Source of the DNA: an uncultured Candidatus Saccharibacteria bacterium
GTDB lineage: Bacteria; Patescibacteriota; UBA1384; JACPKC01
Assembly (NCBI GenBank): GCA_964423885.1
Contig: CAYRGD010000002.1
Location: forward strand, 18,128-82,127
Direction of reading: 5' to 3'
Length of the DNA stretch: 64,000 nucleotides
Part shown: positions 56,467 through 64,000 of the stretch, in pieces
Numbering within the stretch: the first letter of the stretch is position 1
Layout of the letters: every line of letters starts with the position of its first letter
Notes under the pieces: generated by a model
What the model saw: only the letters and a program-made list of their open reading frames with translations
What the model was told of the DNA's origin: nothing
Databases searched by the model: none
Translations under genes and position numbers: made by a program

Positions 56467-56811
56467 GTGCACGACACTAAGGTACTCGGCGACACCGGTG
56501 AAGACCGGGCCGCCGAGTACCTTTCGCGTTCGGGCTATACCGTTCTTGAACGGAATAAGCGGTATCGCTTGGGCGAGATCGATATCCTGGCGAGCGACGG
56601 CGAGGTGTTGGTGATCGTCGAGGTGAAAGCCGGCAAGACCGGCAAGTTCGGCTACGCGATCGAGCGGGTCGGCTATGAAAAGCAGCGGAAGTTGCGCCAG
56701 TTGGCTGCCCGGCTATCGCAGGACTATCCGAATGCACAGCTGCGCATCGATGTCGTGAACGTGGACGGCGACGAGATCATCCATATCCCGAACGCGATCG
56801 GACTGCAATGA
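56467..56811 (+). CDS. YraN family endonuclease
   Basis: GEDRAAEYL...GEIDILA...VEVK; next to rnhB. Confidence 0.88.
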   Translation: MHDTKVLGDTGEDRAAEYLSRSGYTVLERNKRYRLGEIDILASDGEVLVIVEVKAGKTGKFGYAIERVGYEKQRKLRQLAARLSQDYPNAQLRIDVVNVDGDEIIHIPNAIGLQ

Positions 56812-57455
56812 AGAGGTTCCGGCCCATACCGGACGAAGCTCACGAACGGGGATTACGTACGGCCGGACATACGCACATCGTCGGGATCGACGAGGTCGGG
56901 CGTGGTGCCTGGGCCGGACCCCTGGTAGTGGGCGCCGTCATCCTGCCTCACGACCGTAGGATCTTGCAGTTGCGCGACTCGAAACTCCTCGGCCGCTTGG
57001 CCCGTGAGCAGCTGTCACGGCGGATTAAGCGGGTCGCGGTCAGTTGGGCAATCGGCATCGTCGATCTGCCCGAATTGGACGAGATCGGGTTAGCGGCAAG
57101 CTTGGCGCTGGCGGCCGAGCGGGCGATTGCGCGACTGGCAGTACGGCCGACCGTCGCGCTCGTCGACGGCAAGTACCCGTTCAAGGGACTCGCGATTGAA
57201 CAAGCCGCTGTCGTGAAGGGCGATCAGCTCATCCGCTGCGTCGCGGCCGCGAGCGTCGTCGCCAAAGTCGAACGCGACCGCATGATGCGGACGCTGCACA
57301 GGAACGAGCGATCCGTCCGACCGTTCCGGTTCGATCGGAACAAGGGCTATCCGTCACCATCGCACCAAGAACAGTTACGCAGTATCGGTCCCTCTGCGCA
57401 TCACCGCACGAGCTTCTCCCCAATCCGAACCATGGTTGCCAACCAAGTCACCTGA
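56808..57455 (+). CDS. rnhB: Ribonuclease HII
   Basis: GIDEVGRG..AGP, DSK, KGD, AAASVVAK..RD, NKGY, HHR.SF. Confidence 0.95.
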   Translation: MKRFRPIPDEAHERGLRTAGHTHIVGIDEVGRGAWAGPLVVGAVILPHDRRILQLRDSKLLGRLAREQLSRRIKRVAVSWAIGIVDLPELDEIGLAASLALAAERAIARLAVRPTVALVDGKYPFKGLAIEQAAVVKGDQLIRCVAAASVVAKVERDRMMRTLHRNERSVRPFRFDRNKGYPSPSHQEQLRSIGPSAHHRTSFSPIRTMVANQVT

Positions 57456-57492
57456 TACAACTGTTCCAGCTAGCGAAAGGGGACATTAATCC

Positions 57493-58029
57493 TTGGAGAG
57501 CAATGGAAAGCTGAAAACGGCGTACATCGGCGGGGCGCTCACGGATATTCGTCTGACAATTCAGGAGACACTCGAGGTGCTTAATGCCCGCCATGAAATG
57601 AGTATGCAAGCGGCCTTGGAAGATCGACGCGATCAGAAGACTGATGACCTGAAGCGATTCTATGAGCAGCTCGCCTTAGCTTGGGAGCGCGTAATGGGTG
57701 TTTCAGCCTTCGTACCACATCACTACTACGATCCGAAACAGAACGTGGTTGCGACACCCGAGGAAGTGTACGCGTTCGAGCGAGCGCAGATCATGGAACG
57801 GACATCCGTCTTGATCGTGGTCGCGGACGAGCCGTCGTGGGGCGGTGGCATGGAAGTCGGATGGGCTGACGAGAAGCGTATTCCTATCATCATGCTGCGA
57901 TCGGGAGGCGTGTCCCGGCTTTTGCGGGGCACACGTGCGCTTCACCGCGATCTCGTCTATACGACAATCGAGGACGCACTCCGGCAATTCGAATCGGTGA
58001 TCCCGTCGCTCAATCTCGTGCGAGCATAA
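57493..58029 (+). CDS. Nucleoside 2'-deoxyribosyltransferase/Rcl-like hydrolase
   Basis: AYIGGAL, FVPH, PSWGGGMEVGWA, VSRLLRG; TTG start after AAAGGGG. Confidence 0.7.
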   Translation: MESNGKLKTAYIGGALTDIRLTIQETLEVLNARHEMSMQAALEDRRDQKTDDLKRFYEQLALAWERVMGVSAFVPHHYYDPKQNVVATPEEVYAFERAQIMERTSVLIVVADEPSWGGGMEVGWADEKRIPIIMLRSGGVSRLLRGTRALHRDLVYTTIEDALRQFESVIPSLNLVRA

Positions 58030-58040
58030 CCAATCCTTTC

Positions 58041-58067
58041 AGGGCCCTTCGGGGCTCTTTCTCTTTT
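58041..58067 (+). terminator. Intrinsic terminator
   Basis: AGGGCCC-TTCG-GGGCTCT-TTCTCTTTT. Confidence 0.75.
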
Positions 58068-58100
58068 CAGACCCTGCTGGGTGTGACACCATATCCGCAT

Positions 58101-59549
58101 ATGGAACCTGCACCGAACCCTGTCCGCGTCCGTTTCGCACCGTCGCCGACCGGGGAACTGCATCTGGGCGGCGCACGGACCGCGCTCTATAACTACCTGC
58201 TCGCGAAGCAAACGGGCGGCACGATGGTGTTGCGGATCGAGGATACCGACCAAAAGCGCTATGTCGAAGGCAGCATGGACCGCTTTATGGACGATCTGGC
58301 CTGGCTCGGCATCAACGTCGACGAGGGTCCGGAGCAGGGCGGGCCGTATGCGCCGTACATCCAGTCCGAGCGCGCGGAGCGGCACCGTGAGGTCGCGCAT
58401 GAGCTCGTCGCGCGCGGTGCGGCCTACTACGAGTTCGGCGGCAGTGCCGACGGCGGTGCGAGGACTGACGACGAGTACCGGTCTGGCCGGACGGCCTACC
58501 GCGGCAGCGCGCGCGACGCCGATCCTGCGGACGCCAAGCCGCGGATCGATGCCGGTGAGCCGTTCGTCGTCCGCCTCAAGGTGCCGCTCAAGGGATCGGT
58601 CACGGTCAGCGACCTGGTCCGCGGCGAGGTCTCGTTCGACCTTGCCTCCGTCGACGATGCCGTACTGCTCAAGTCCGATGGCATGGCCACCTACCACTTG
58701 GCGGCGATGGTCGACGACCACGATATGGCGATCACGCATGTACTCCGCTCGGAAGAATGGCTGCCGAGCACGCCCAAGCATCTGCTTGTCTTCCAAGCGA
58801 TGGCGTGGGAGCCCCCGCAGTTCGCTCATCTGCCCTTGCTCCTGGCCGACGACCGCAAGAAGTTGAGCAAGCGTTTGCACGGCGCGGCAGTATGGATCCG
58901 TACCTATCGCGACGAGGGGTATTTGCCGGCTGCGCTCGTCAATTACCTGGCGCTGCTCGGCTGGAATCCGGGCGGCAACGACGAGCTGTTCGATCGTGCG
59001 GGTCTGGTCGAGCGGTTCTCGCTCGAACGCGTCCATAAGGCAGGTGCGGCGGTCGATCCCGTGAAGCTCGACGCGTTCCAGCGCCACTACGTCCAGGCGC
59101 TGCCGACCGAGGAGCTCATTGCCGTCGTCCGCCCGTTCGCGCCGGACGGCATCGACGACGCGCTGCTCGGGCGGCTGGCAGCGGTAGCGCAGGGGCGTCT
59201 GGGTAAGCTGTCCGGGTTCGCCGAGCAGGTAGGCTACTTCCTCGAGCTCCCTGCCCTCGACCCGTCGCTGCTCGTGTTTAAAAAGTCCACGCCCGAGGCG
59301 ACCGCGCGCGGTCTGGCGGCGGCGCTCGAACGGTTGCGAGCGGCTGACAACAATACGTGGCAGGAAGAATCGCTCCTGGCCGAATTACTCGACCAGGTCG
59401 TCGCCGACCATAGGCTCGCGAACGGGGATGTCTTCTGGCCGGTGCGCGTTGCGCTGACCGGTCAGGAACGCAGCCCGTCGCCGGCCGAGTGCCTGTGGGT
59501 GCTCGGCAGGGCCGAGAGTCTGCGGCGGCTTGAGGCGGCTCACGTATGA
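58101..59549 (+). CDS. gltX: Glutamate--tRNA ligase
   Basis: RFAPSPTG.LHLGG, LRIEDTD, KLSKR. Confidence 0.96.
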   Translation: MEPAPNPVRVRFAPSPTGELHLGGARTALYNYLLAKQTGGTMVLRIEDTDQKRYVEGSMDRFMDDLAWLGINVDEGPEQGGPYAPYIQSERAERHREVAHELVARGAAYYEFGGSADGGARTDDEYRSGRTAYRGSARDADPADAKPRIDAGEPFVVRLKVPLKGSVTVSDLVRGEVSFDLASVDDAVLLKSDGMATYHLAAMVDDHDMAITHVLRSEEWLPSTPKHLLVFQAMAWEPPQFAHLPLLLADDRKKLSKRLHGAAVWIRTYRDEGYLPAALVNYLALLGWNPGGNDELFDRAGLVERFSLERVHKAGAAVDPVKLDAFQRHYVQALPTEELIAVVRPFAPDGIDDALLGRLAAVAQGRLGKLSGFAEQVGYFLELPALDPSLLVFKKSTPEATARGLAAALERLRAADNNTWQEESLLAELLDQVVADHRLANGDVFWPVRVALTGQERSPSPAECLWVLGRAESLRRLEAAHV

Positions 59550-61183
59550 TCGAGCGGCTCAAACGGCTCGCTTCGCGTGAAAATTCGCTCACCGGCGCGA
59601 CGGTGATCCTGGTGGGCACCTCGCTTCTGTCCAATATCCTGGGCCTTGTCCGCGACCGGTTCCTGGCCCAGAAAATCGCGACCGATGCGCTCGATACGTA
59701 CTTCGCTGCGTTCCGCGTGCCGGATTTCCTGTTCAACTTCCTGATCTTGGGCACTGTGAGCGCCGCCTTCATCCCGGTGTTCGTCCAGTACCGCGCCAAG
59801 AGCGAACGGGCGGCCTGGGAGGTTGCCTCGGTCATGATCACGCTGTCGCTCGCGGTGTTGGTCGTGCTCTGCCTGATACTCGCGCTCGTGATGCCGACGC
59901 TCATCCCTCGGGTTGTTCCCGACTTTTCACCGGACAAGCAAGCGACCACCGTCATGCTCGCACGGATCATGCTCATCCAGCCGGTGTTCTTCGGCCTCTC
60001 ATACCTGTTTTCGGGCGTCTTGAACGCCATGAAGCGGTTCACGATCTACGCGCTGGCGCCGCTCATCTACACGCTGTCGATCATCGTCGCCACCGTCGGG
60101 TTCGCTGACCGGTACGGCGTCTACGCCGTGGTCTGGGGTGTCGTCGCGGGCGCGTTCCTGCACATGCTCACCCAGTTCCTGACGCTCCGGCACCTGGGCG
60201 TCAAACTGGTACCCGAGTTCAATCTGCGTCACCCGGCGCTCGGCCGGATCTTGGCCATGATGTGGCCGCGCTCGATCGCATTGGGCGCCATGCAGACCAT
60301 GCTCCTGACCTTCACCGCGATCGGATCGTCGCTCGGCGCCGGCTCGGTGGCGGTCTACAGCCTCGCCGACAACATCCAGACGATGCCCACGGCCGTGTTC
60401 GCGCTATCGTTCACGACCGCGCTCTTTCCCACCATCGCCGAGGCGGCCGCCGGCCGCCGGCGCACCCAGCTGGCGGCGCTCGTATGGCGAGGACTTCGCT
60501 ACCTGGCCGTGATCATGGTGCCTTCGGGAATCGGTCTTATCCTTATACGCAGCCAGCTCGTGCGGCTCTTGCTCGGCACCGGCCACTTCGGCTGGGACGC
60601 GACCGTCGCTACCGCCACGGCGCTCGGCTACTTCGCGCTCTCGCTCGTCGCCCAGAGTATCGTCGTCCACCTGTCGCGGACCTTCTACGCGCTCCACGAC
60701 ACCAAGACGCCCACGCTGTTCAACGTGATCGGCTACGCGGTGTCGATTGCGGCCGCGTACCTGCTAGCGCCGGCAGCCGGGGCGGGTATGGGCGTCGCCG
60801 GCCTGGCGCTCGCCTTCACGATCGGCAGTTACGTGAACATGGCGCTCCTCTACTGGAAGATCCGACATGCCTTGCCTGAACTTACGCGGTACGAGGCTGG
60901 TGCGGAACGGCTGTTCGGTCAGATCGTGGTCGCCGCGCTCGCGCTCTGCCTTGCCGTGCAGCTTGCCAAGGCCGGCATCGGGGCTGTCGTCGATATGGAC
61001 CGGTTCTGGGGCGTACTGGTCCAGACGACTACTGCCGTCGCGGCCGGGGCCGGCGCCTACTGGTTGGTGCTCCGCGCCTTCCGCGTACCTGAACTCAATG
61101 AGCTCACTGGCATCGTCGCCGCCCGGTTCCGTGCCGGTCCGGCGGCCACGCAAGCCCTTGCCGGGCAGGCCGATGAAGATTGA
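59546..61183 (+). CDS. murJ: Lipid II flippase MurJ
   Basis: ILGLVRD, AAFRVPD, AAFIPVF, FYALHDTKTP. Confidence 0.93.
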   Translation: MIERLKRLASRENSLTGATVILVGTSLLSNILGLVRDRFLAQKIATDALDTYFAAFRVPDFLFNFLILGTVSAAFIPVFVQYRAKSERAAWEVASVMITLSLAVLVVLCLILALVMPTLIPRVVPDFSPDKQATTVMLARIMLIQPVFFGLSYLFSGVLNAMKRFTIYALAPLIYTLSIIVATVGFADRYGVYAVVWGVVAGAFLHMLTQFLTLRHLGVKLVPEFNLRHPALGRILAMMWPRSIALGAMQTMLLTFTAIGSSLGAGSVAVYSLADNIQTMPTAVFALSFTTALFPTIAEAAAGRRRTQLAALVWRGLRYLAVIMVPSGIGLILIRSQLVRLLLGTGHFGWDATVATATALGYFALSLVAQSIVVHLSRTFYALHDTKTPTLFNVIGYAVSIAAAYLLAPAAGAGMGVAGLALAFTIGSYVNMALLYWKIRHALPELTRYEAGAERLFGQIVVAALALCLAVQLAKAGIGAVVDMDRFWGVLVQTTTAVAAGAGAYWLVLRAFRVPELNELTGIVAARFRAGPAATQALAGQADED

Positions 61184-61328
61184 CCGGACAGAGCCGTTCT
61201 ACGCTGAACTGGACCGCCCGCGTGCGCGCGGTAAGGGTTCGTGCTGTACGCTGTGGAGCTTTTACCTGCTCTTCGCTACACTGGCAGTCATAGGGTTCGT
61301 GGCCATTCTCTGGCTGCGACGGGGGTAA
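61173..61328 (+). CDS. 51-aa single-TM peptide with CC motif
   Basis: MKIDRTEPFYAELDRPRARGKGSCCTLWSFYLLF...; overlaps the murJ end. Confidence 0.6.
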   Translation: MKIDRTEPFYAELDRPRARGKGSCCTLWSFYLLFATLAVIGFVAILWLRRG

Positions 61329-61330
61329 TC

Positions 61331-62047
61331 ATGGCAATCACGCGCCGCGCAACCGGACATACGCCGCTGACCAAGCCGTCGGCGAAAGACGACCTGTTCG
61401 CCGACCTCGACGGTTCGGAACGCAGAAAGCCGGGCTGCATGAGCTGCCGGAATCTCGGCTGCCTGTTCCTGTTCGCCGGCATGCTCGTGGTCGTCGGTAT
61501 CCTTGGCGTCGTTGCCGAGACCGGGCTCGTCAAGATCCCGGTGCTGTCGTCGGTGCTCTACGCCCAGGCGCCCCGGCCGATCCGGCCGGTGACGCCTGTC
61601 GGTGTGACCGATCCCCTGGCGCTCCTGAAAGGCAAGGCGGCGGAGAGCGGCGGCGCCCAGGTGTCGGTGACCGAGGGTGAGCTCACCCAGCTCGTGCAAG
61701 AGCCCCGCACTAACGGCCAGGTACCGGTGAAGCAGGCGCAGGTCGCGATCGAACCGCAGTTCGTCGAGCTGTACGGCCTGCTGTCGATCGACCAGGGCGC
61801 GTCGACCACGGTCATGCGCGTCCGGCTGGTGCCTAGTAGTGTGCCGGGCGAGTTCCGCCTGTCCGACATCCATATTGGCTACGTCCGCGTGCCGCTCGAA
61901 CTCGCCAAATTTATCGTCAAAACCGCGACCGGGATCACGCCGCCGGATGCGGTATCGGCCGCCTCACTGGGCGTCCGGTCGGTCGTGCTCGGCCAGGGCG
62001 TGGCGACTGTCGATCTCGATACCTCGGCCTTTACGGGATCGAACTAG
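61331..62047 (+). CDS. Single-TM hypothetical protein with juxtamembrane Cys residues
   Basis: KPGCMSCRNLGCLF TM then beta-rich extracellular region. Confidence 0.7.
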   Translation: MAITRRATGHTPLTKPSAKDDLFADLDGSERRKPGCMSCRNLGCLFLFAGMLVVVGILGVVAETGLVKIPVLSSVLYAQAPRPIRPVTPVGVTDPLALLKGKAAESGGAQVSVTEGELTQLVQEPRTNGQVPVKQAQVAIEPQFVELYGLLSIDQGASTTVMRVRLVPSSVPGEFRLSDIHIGYVRVPLELAKFIVKTATGITPPDAVSAASLGVRSVVLGQGVATVDLDTSAFTGSN

Positions 62048-62056
62048 GTCCAGGCG

Positions 62057-62950
62057 TCAGAGCCCCGCCGTGGATTCCTGGATTTCGGCCGAGTAGCTGC
62101 GGACCAGTTTCGAGCGGACCACCAAGCGGTTGAGCGCAGTGCCGACCGGTACACAGGTCATGAGCGACAGCGTCGGCGTCGGTGTCGGATCGGTGACCGA
62201 GACATCGCTGGGACTCACGGTTTTCTTGTCGGTCATTTCGTAGAGATATACCCGGTTTTGATATTGGACGAACAGCTGGTCGCCAGGTACCAGTTCGCTG
62301 ATCGTCGCGAACACGGTCTTGTACTTGCCCTTGTCCCACCAGTAGTAGCTCGAGTGGCCGGTGACGAACACGTTGCCGTTCTTGTCGTTCGGCAGCGACG
62401 TGAACCCGTAGTGTGCGACGCCTTTTTGCAAGTTCGCGAGCATCGTCGCTTCGTCGGCGCTCGAGTTCCAGACGATCGGGACGCGGATGTTCAACTTCGG
62501 AATGACCAACAGGTTGTCGGCAAGTCCGAGCGAGGTGCTCGCGAGCTTGGCGGTCGTGCGTTTCGCCGCGTTCGTATCCGTTGGTTGGTCGGCTGTGCTG
62601 TCAACCTGGGGCGGCGCCGGCAGATCGGTCAGGGCTGCCTCGATAGCTGCGCCTGACAGCGAACCCGCGTCACTCGCCGTGTCGATTACTACTTGCGGCT
62701 GCGAGCGGCTGCGCAAGTGGGTCAGGATGTACGACAGTTTGACGAACAGCGACGGGCCGACGATCACCAGGTAGACCGCCCCTGCGGCGCCCAGGAACAC
62801 CGCGGCGTTCTTGAGCGCGCCGAACGCCGGACGGGTGCGTCGAACCGGCTGCTGTTGGGGTGGAAGCAGCGGCGGCAGCGGTGGAGCGCTGGGAGCCGGT
62901 ACGGGCGCAGCCGGGGCCGGATTCGTCCAGCTTGGATCGATCGCCGCCAC
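62057..62950 (-). CDS. Sortase
   Basis: IPKLNI..PI, GVAHY, GNVFVTGHSS, LSLMTC.P.GT...RLVV (H/C/R triad). Confidence 0.92.
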   Translation of the reverse strand: MAAIDPSWTNPAPAAPVPAPSAPPLPPLLPPQQQPVRRTRPAFGALKNAAVFLGAAGAVYLVIVGPSLFVKLSYILTHLRSRSQPQVVIDTASDAGSLSGAAIEAALTDLPAPPQVDSTADQPTDTNAAKRTTAKLASTSLGLADNLLVIPKLNIRVPIVWNSSADEATMLANLQKGVAHYGFTSLPNDKNGNVFVTGHSSYYWWDKGKYKTVFATISELVPGDQLFVQYQNRVYLYEMTDKKTVSPSDVSVTDPTPTPTLSLMTCVPVGTALNRLVVRSKLVRSYSAEIQESTAGL

Positions 62951-62956
62951 AGGCGC

Positions 62957-64000
62957 CTACTTTGCGTGCCCGGTACGTTTCGGGCGGTATGTCAGGATCG
63001 TTGCGGCCGCCAGGATCCACGCGGCGATGAGGCCGAGGACAAGCGGGTTTTCGCCGGTCGAGACCAGCGTCCGCGGCTGCTCGGTGACGCCGCTGCTCGG
63101 CGTGTCGGTACCGGCGATCGAGCCATTGACCAGGATCGGCGACGGATTCGGGTTGCTGCTCATACCCGACGAGACAAGTACGGTCTGCGTGGCGGCTTGG
63201 GTGCCGCTCCGGAGCGAGACCGTGTACGTGCCGGCGTTCGGGTAGATGTGGGTCACCTGCGACGGGCCGTGGTCGACCGACTGGACCGTGCCGTCGCCGA
63301 AGTCCCAGATGAGGTCGGTGAGGGTGCCCGTGTGCGACGCCGTGACGGTGAGCGGCGCCTGGCCTTCGCCCGGCGCTACCGTGAACGCGACCGGGTCGGC
63401 CGTCGAGCCGGCTGTCGCCGTTGCCGCTACGACGGTGAACGTAGCGTTCTTCGTGACCGGGGCCGATGTGCCGGTGACCGTGTAGCTCACTGTTACCACG
63501 TACGTGCCAGGGCTAACCGCTGCACCAGCGGCGGTCTTTTGGTCCCAATTCCAGGCACGGCTCTGGTTCGTGGCCAGCGAGTCGAACGAGCCTTGGGCGG
63601 GCGGATCGAAGATCGTCTGGCTATCGGCGCCGCTCGTGATCGGTGTCCGGATCACGTAGGGCTTGGCGTCGTCCATGGTGACCGTGGCTGGTCCCAGGTT
63701 CTGGAGCGTGAACGCGACCGGTTCGCCCACGGTAAACGTCGGTTTCGACGTGGTGAGTGTGGTCGTTGCCGTCGGCTGGGACGTGACCGTAATCGTCTGG
63801 GTCGAGGTCTGGCCGTTGCAGGTCATGGTGGCCGTGTAGGTCCCAGGGGTGCCGTACGCGTGGCTCAGGCTCTGGGCGGTTGACAATGACACGTCGGCCG
63901 TGCCGTCGCCGAAGTTTACCGTGCAGACCGTACCCAAGCTGTCGGTCCGGGTAGCGGTAACGGTGAGCGGCGCCTGACCGGCGGCGGGCGCAATCGCAAA
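62957..64000 (-). CDS. PKD/Ig-domain surface protein with LPXTG-like (LVSTG) sorting signal (5' end outside window)
   Basis: Two GQAPLTV..(W/V)xFGDG..H.Y...GTYT PKD units; LVSTG + hydrophobic helix + basic tail RPKRTGHAK; frame open to the window end. Confidence 0.88.
   Translation of the reverse strand, partial: FAIAPAAGQAPLTVTATRTDSLGTVCTVNFGDGTADVSLSTAQSLSHAYGTPGTYTATMTCNGQTSTQTITVTSQPTATTTLTTSKPTFTVGEPVAFTLQNLGPATVTMDDAKPYVIRTPITSGADSQTIFDPPAQGSFDSLATNQSRAWNWDQKTAAGAAVSPGTYVVTVSYTVTGTSAPVTKNATFTVVAATATAGSTADPVAFTVAPGEGQAPLTVTASHTGTLTDLIWDFGDGTVQSVDHGPSQVTHIYPNAGTYTVSLRSGTQAATQTVLVSSGMSSNPNPSPILVNGSIAGTDTPSSGVTEQPRTLVSTGENPLVLGLIAAWILAAATILTYRPKRTGHAK

Overview
GC-rich, gene-dense bacterial chromosome segment of about 69 CDS. 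I found no rRNA, tRNA, CRISPR array or transposase. Gene content and divergent protein forms (DUF5665-like protein, cluster-less MutY, stand-alone rpmA-rplS, SBBP/PKD/sortase surface proteins, short intergenic spaces) suggest a Patescibacteria (CPR) genome; this is inference. Housekeeping genes include pyrG, phosphomannomutase, trpS, groES/EL, a DEAD-box helicase, dus, eno, efp-rpsR-ssb-rpsF, ychF, a Xer recombinase, ndk, mutY, dnaE, rpmA, rplS, rnhB, gltX and murJ. The standout accessory locus is an AT-rich type III restriction-modification operon (about 19.6-25.0 kb). A predicted HEPN RNase gene is translationally coupled between mod and res, preceded by a MazG-like pyrophosphatase and a dual-nuclease DUF2779 gene, making a candidate layered anti-phage system. 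Other signals: a window-wide TGn-TAnnnT-N6-8-ATG (leaderless) start architecture, a pyrG leader resembling CTP-sensing reiterative-transcription attenuators, degenerate catalytic motifs in enolase and phosphomannomutase, a compositionally swapped beta-propeller in a surface protein, and a sortase next to an LVSTG-anchored PKD protein. All assignments come from reading motifs by eye; no database searches were run.
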